DNA of 59,758 nt, filler included, from Candidatus Babelota bacterium (GTDB lineage Bacteria > JAGOBX01): NCBI GenBank assembly GCA_017999075.1. It is 8 parts of 8 records of this genome, joined end to end, with 100 filler letters (N's around TTAATTAATTAA, not from the genome) between each part and the next. Parts side by side here need not be neighbours in the genome. Positions count along the whole stretch, not along the records: positions 52,439 to 59,758 come from JAGOBX010000170.1; 7 more parts are not named here. The stretch is one strand, 5' to 3'. Below the pieces are notes generated by a model. The model saw only the letters and a list, made by a program, of their open reading frames with translations, was not told the DNA's origin and did not search any database. Position 1 is the stretch's first letter; the number at the start of each line of letters is the position of its first letter. A program made the translations under genes and the position numbers. Positions 59,495 to 59,758 of the stretch are shown in pieces.

Positions 59495-59758
59495 TTTTTT
59501 CCTCCGATTCATCGATCAGAAAAATATATTATATAAAATTATTAAAACAGAATTTTTAGATTTTTTAATATCAAAAAAATATCTATTTATAATAACAAAA
59601 TATAAGTTTTTCTTTATCTATATCTATTATTCAATAATTAAAAAATAAGTTTACAACTTACTGTATAAAAATCAAGGGTTTTATATTTTTAAAAAAAGAT
59701 TAAATTTATCTTGAAAAAAAATCAATATGAATATATATTCAATCTTCGTTCTAATATA

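Noticed and set aside
838-59648. Numerous short antisense or overlapping ORFs in the track (e.g. 838-1110, 53584-53976, 57928-58362)
   Set aside because: They are shadows of well-supported genes on the opposite strand or frame, with no recognisable motifs.

Overview
The window is not continuous chromosome. It is eight AT-rich bacterial contigs (7500, 7453, 7385, 7377, 7363, 7336, 7324 and 7320 bp, in descending size) joined by artificial N44-TTAATTAATTAA-N44 linkers, so gene neighbourhoods hold only within a contig. Most contigs carry genes typical of a diderm, chemotactic organism: cheB/cheY, two-component systems, hflX, lpxB, htpG, a DnaJ/CbpA-like protein, hisA, radical SAM enzymes, glycosyltransferases, a Maf-type protein and SulP/NhaD transporters. 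Contig 2 (7601-15053) is the exception. Its left ~2.9 kb is visibly more GC-rich and carries a minus-strand run of small genes: DUF2958-like, SLOG/DprA-like, RHH-like, an intact tyrosine recombinase resembling integron integrases without the IntI insert, and a GGDEF fragment. These genes are separated by related non-coding modules: a 28-bp covarying hairpin repeat whose flank resembles the XerC half of dif, a shared post-stop box, long G.T-wobble hairpins that pair fully only on the minus strand, and shared RBS leaders. A Type III-like res-mod pair lies divergently beside it. This recombinase-plus-structured-spacer region is the best candidate for an undescribed system. All family calls are by motif recognition; no searches were run.
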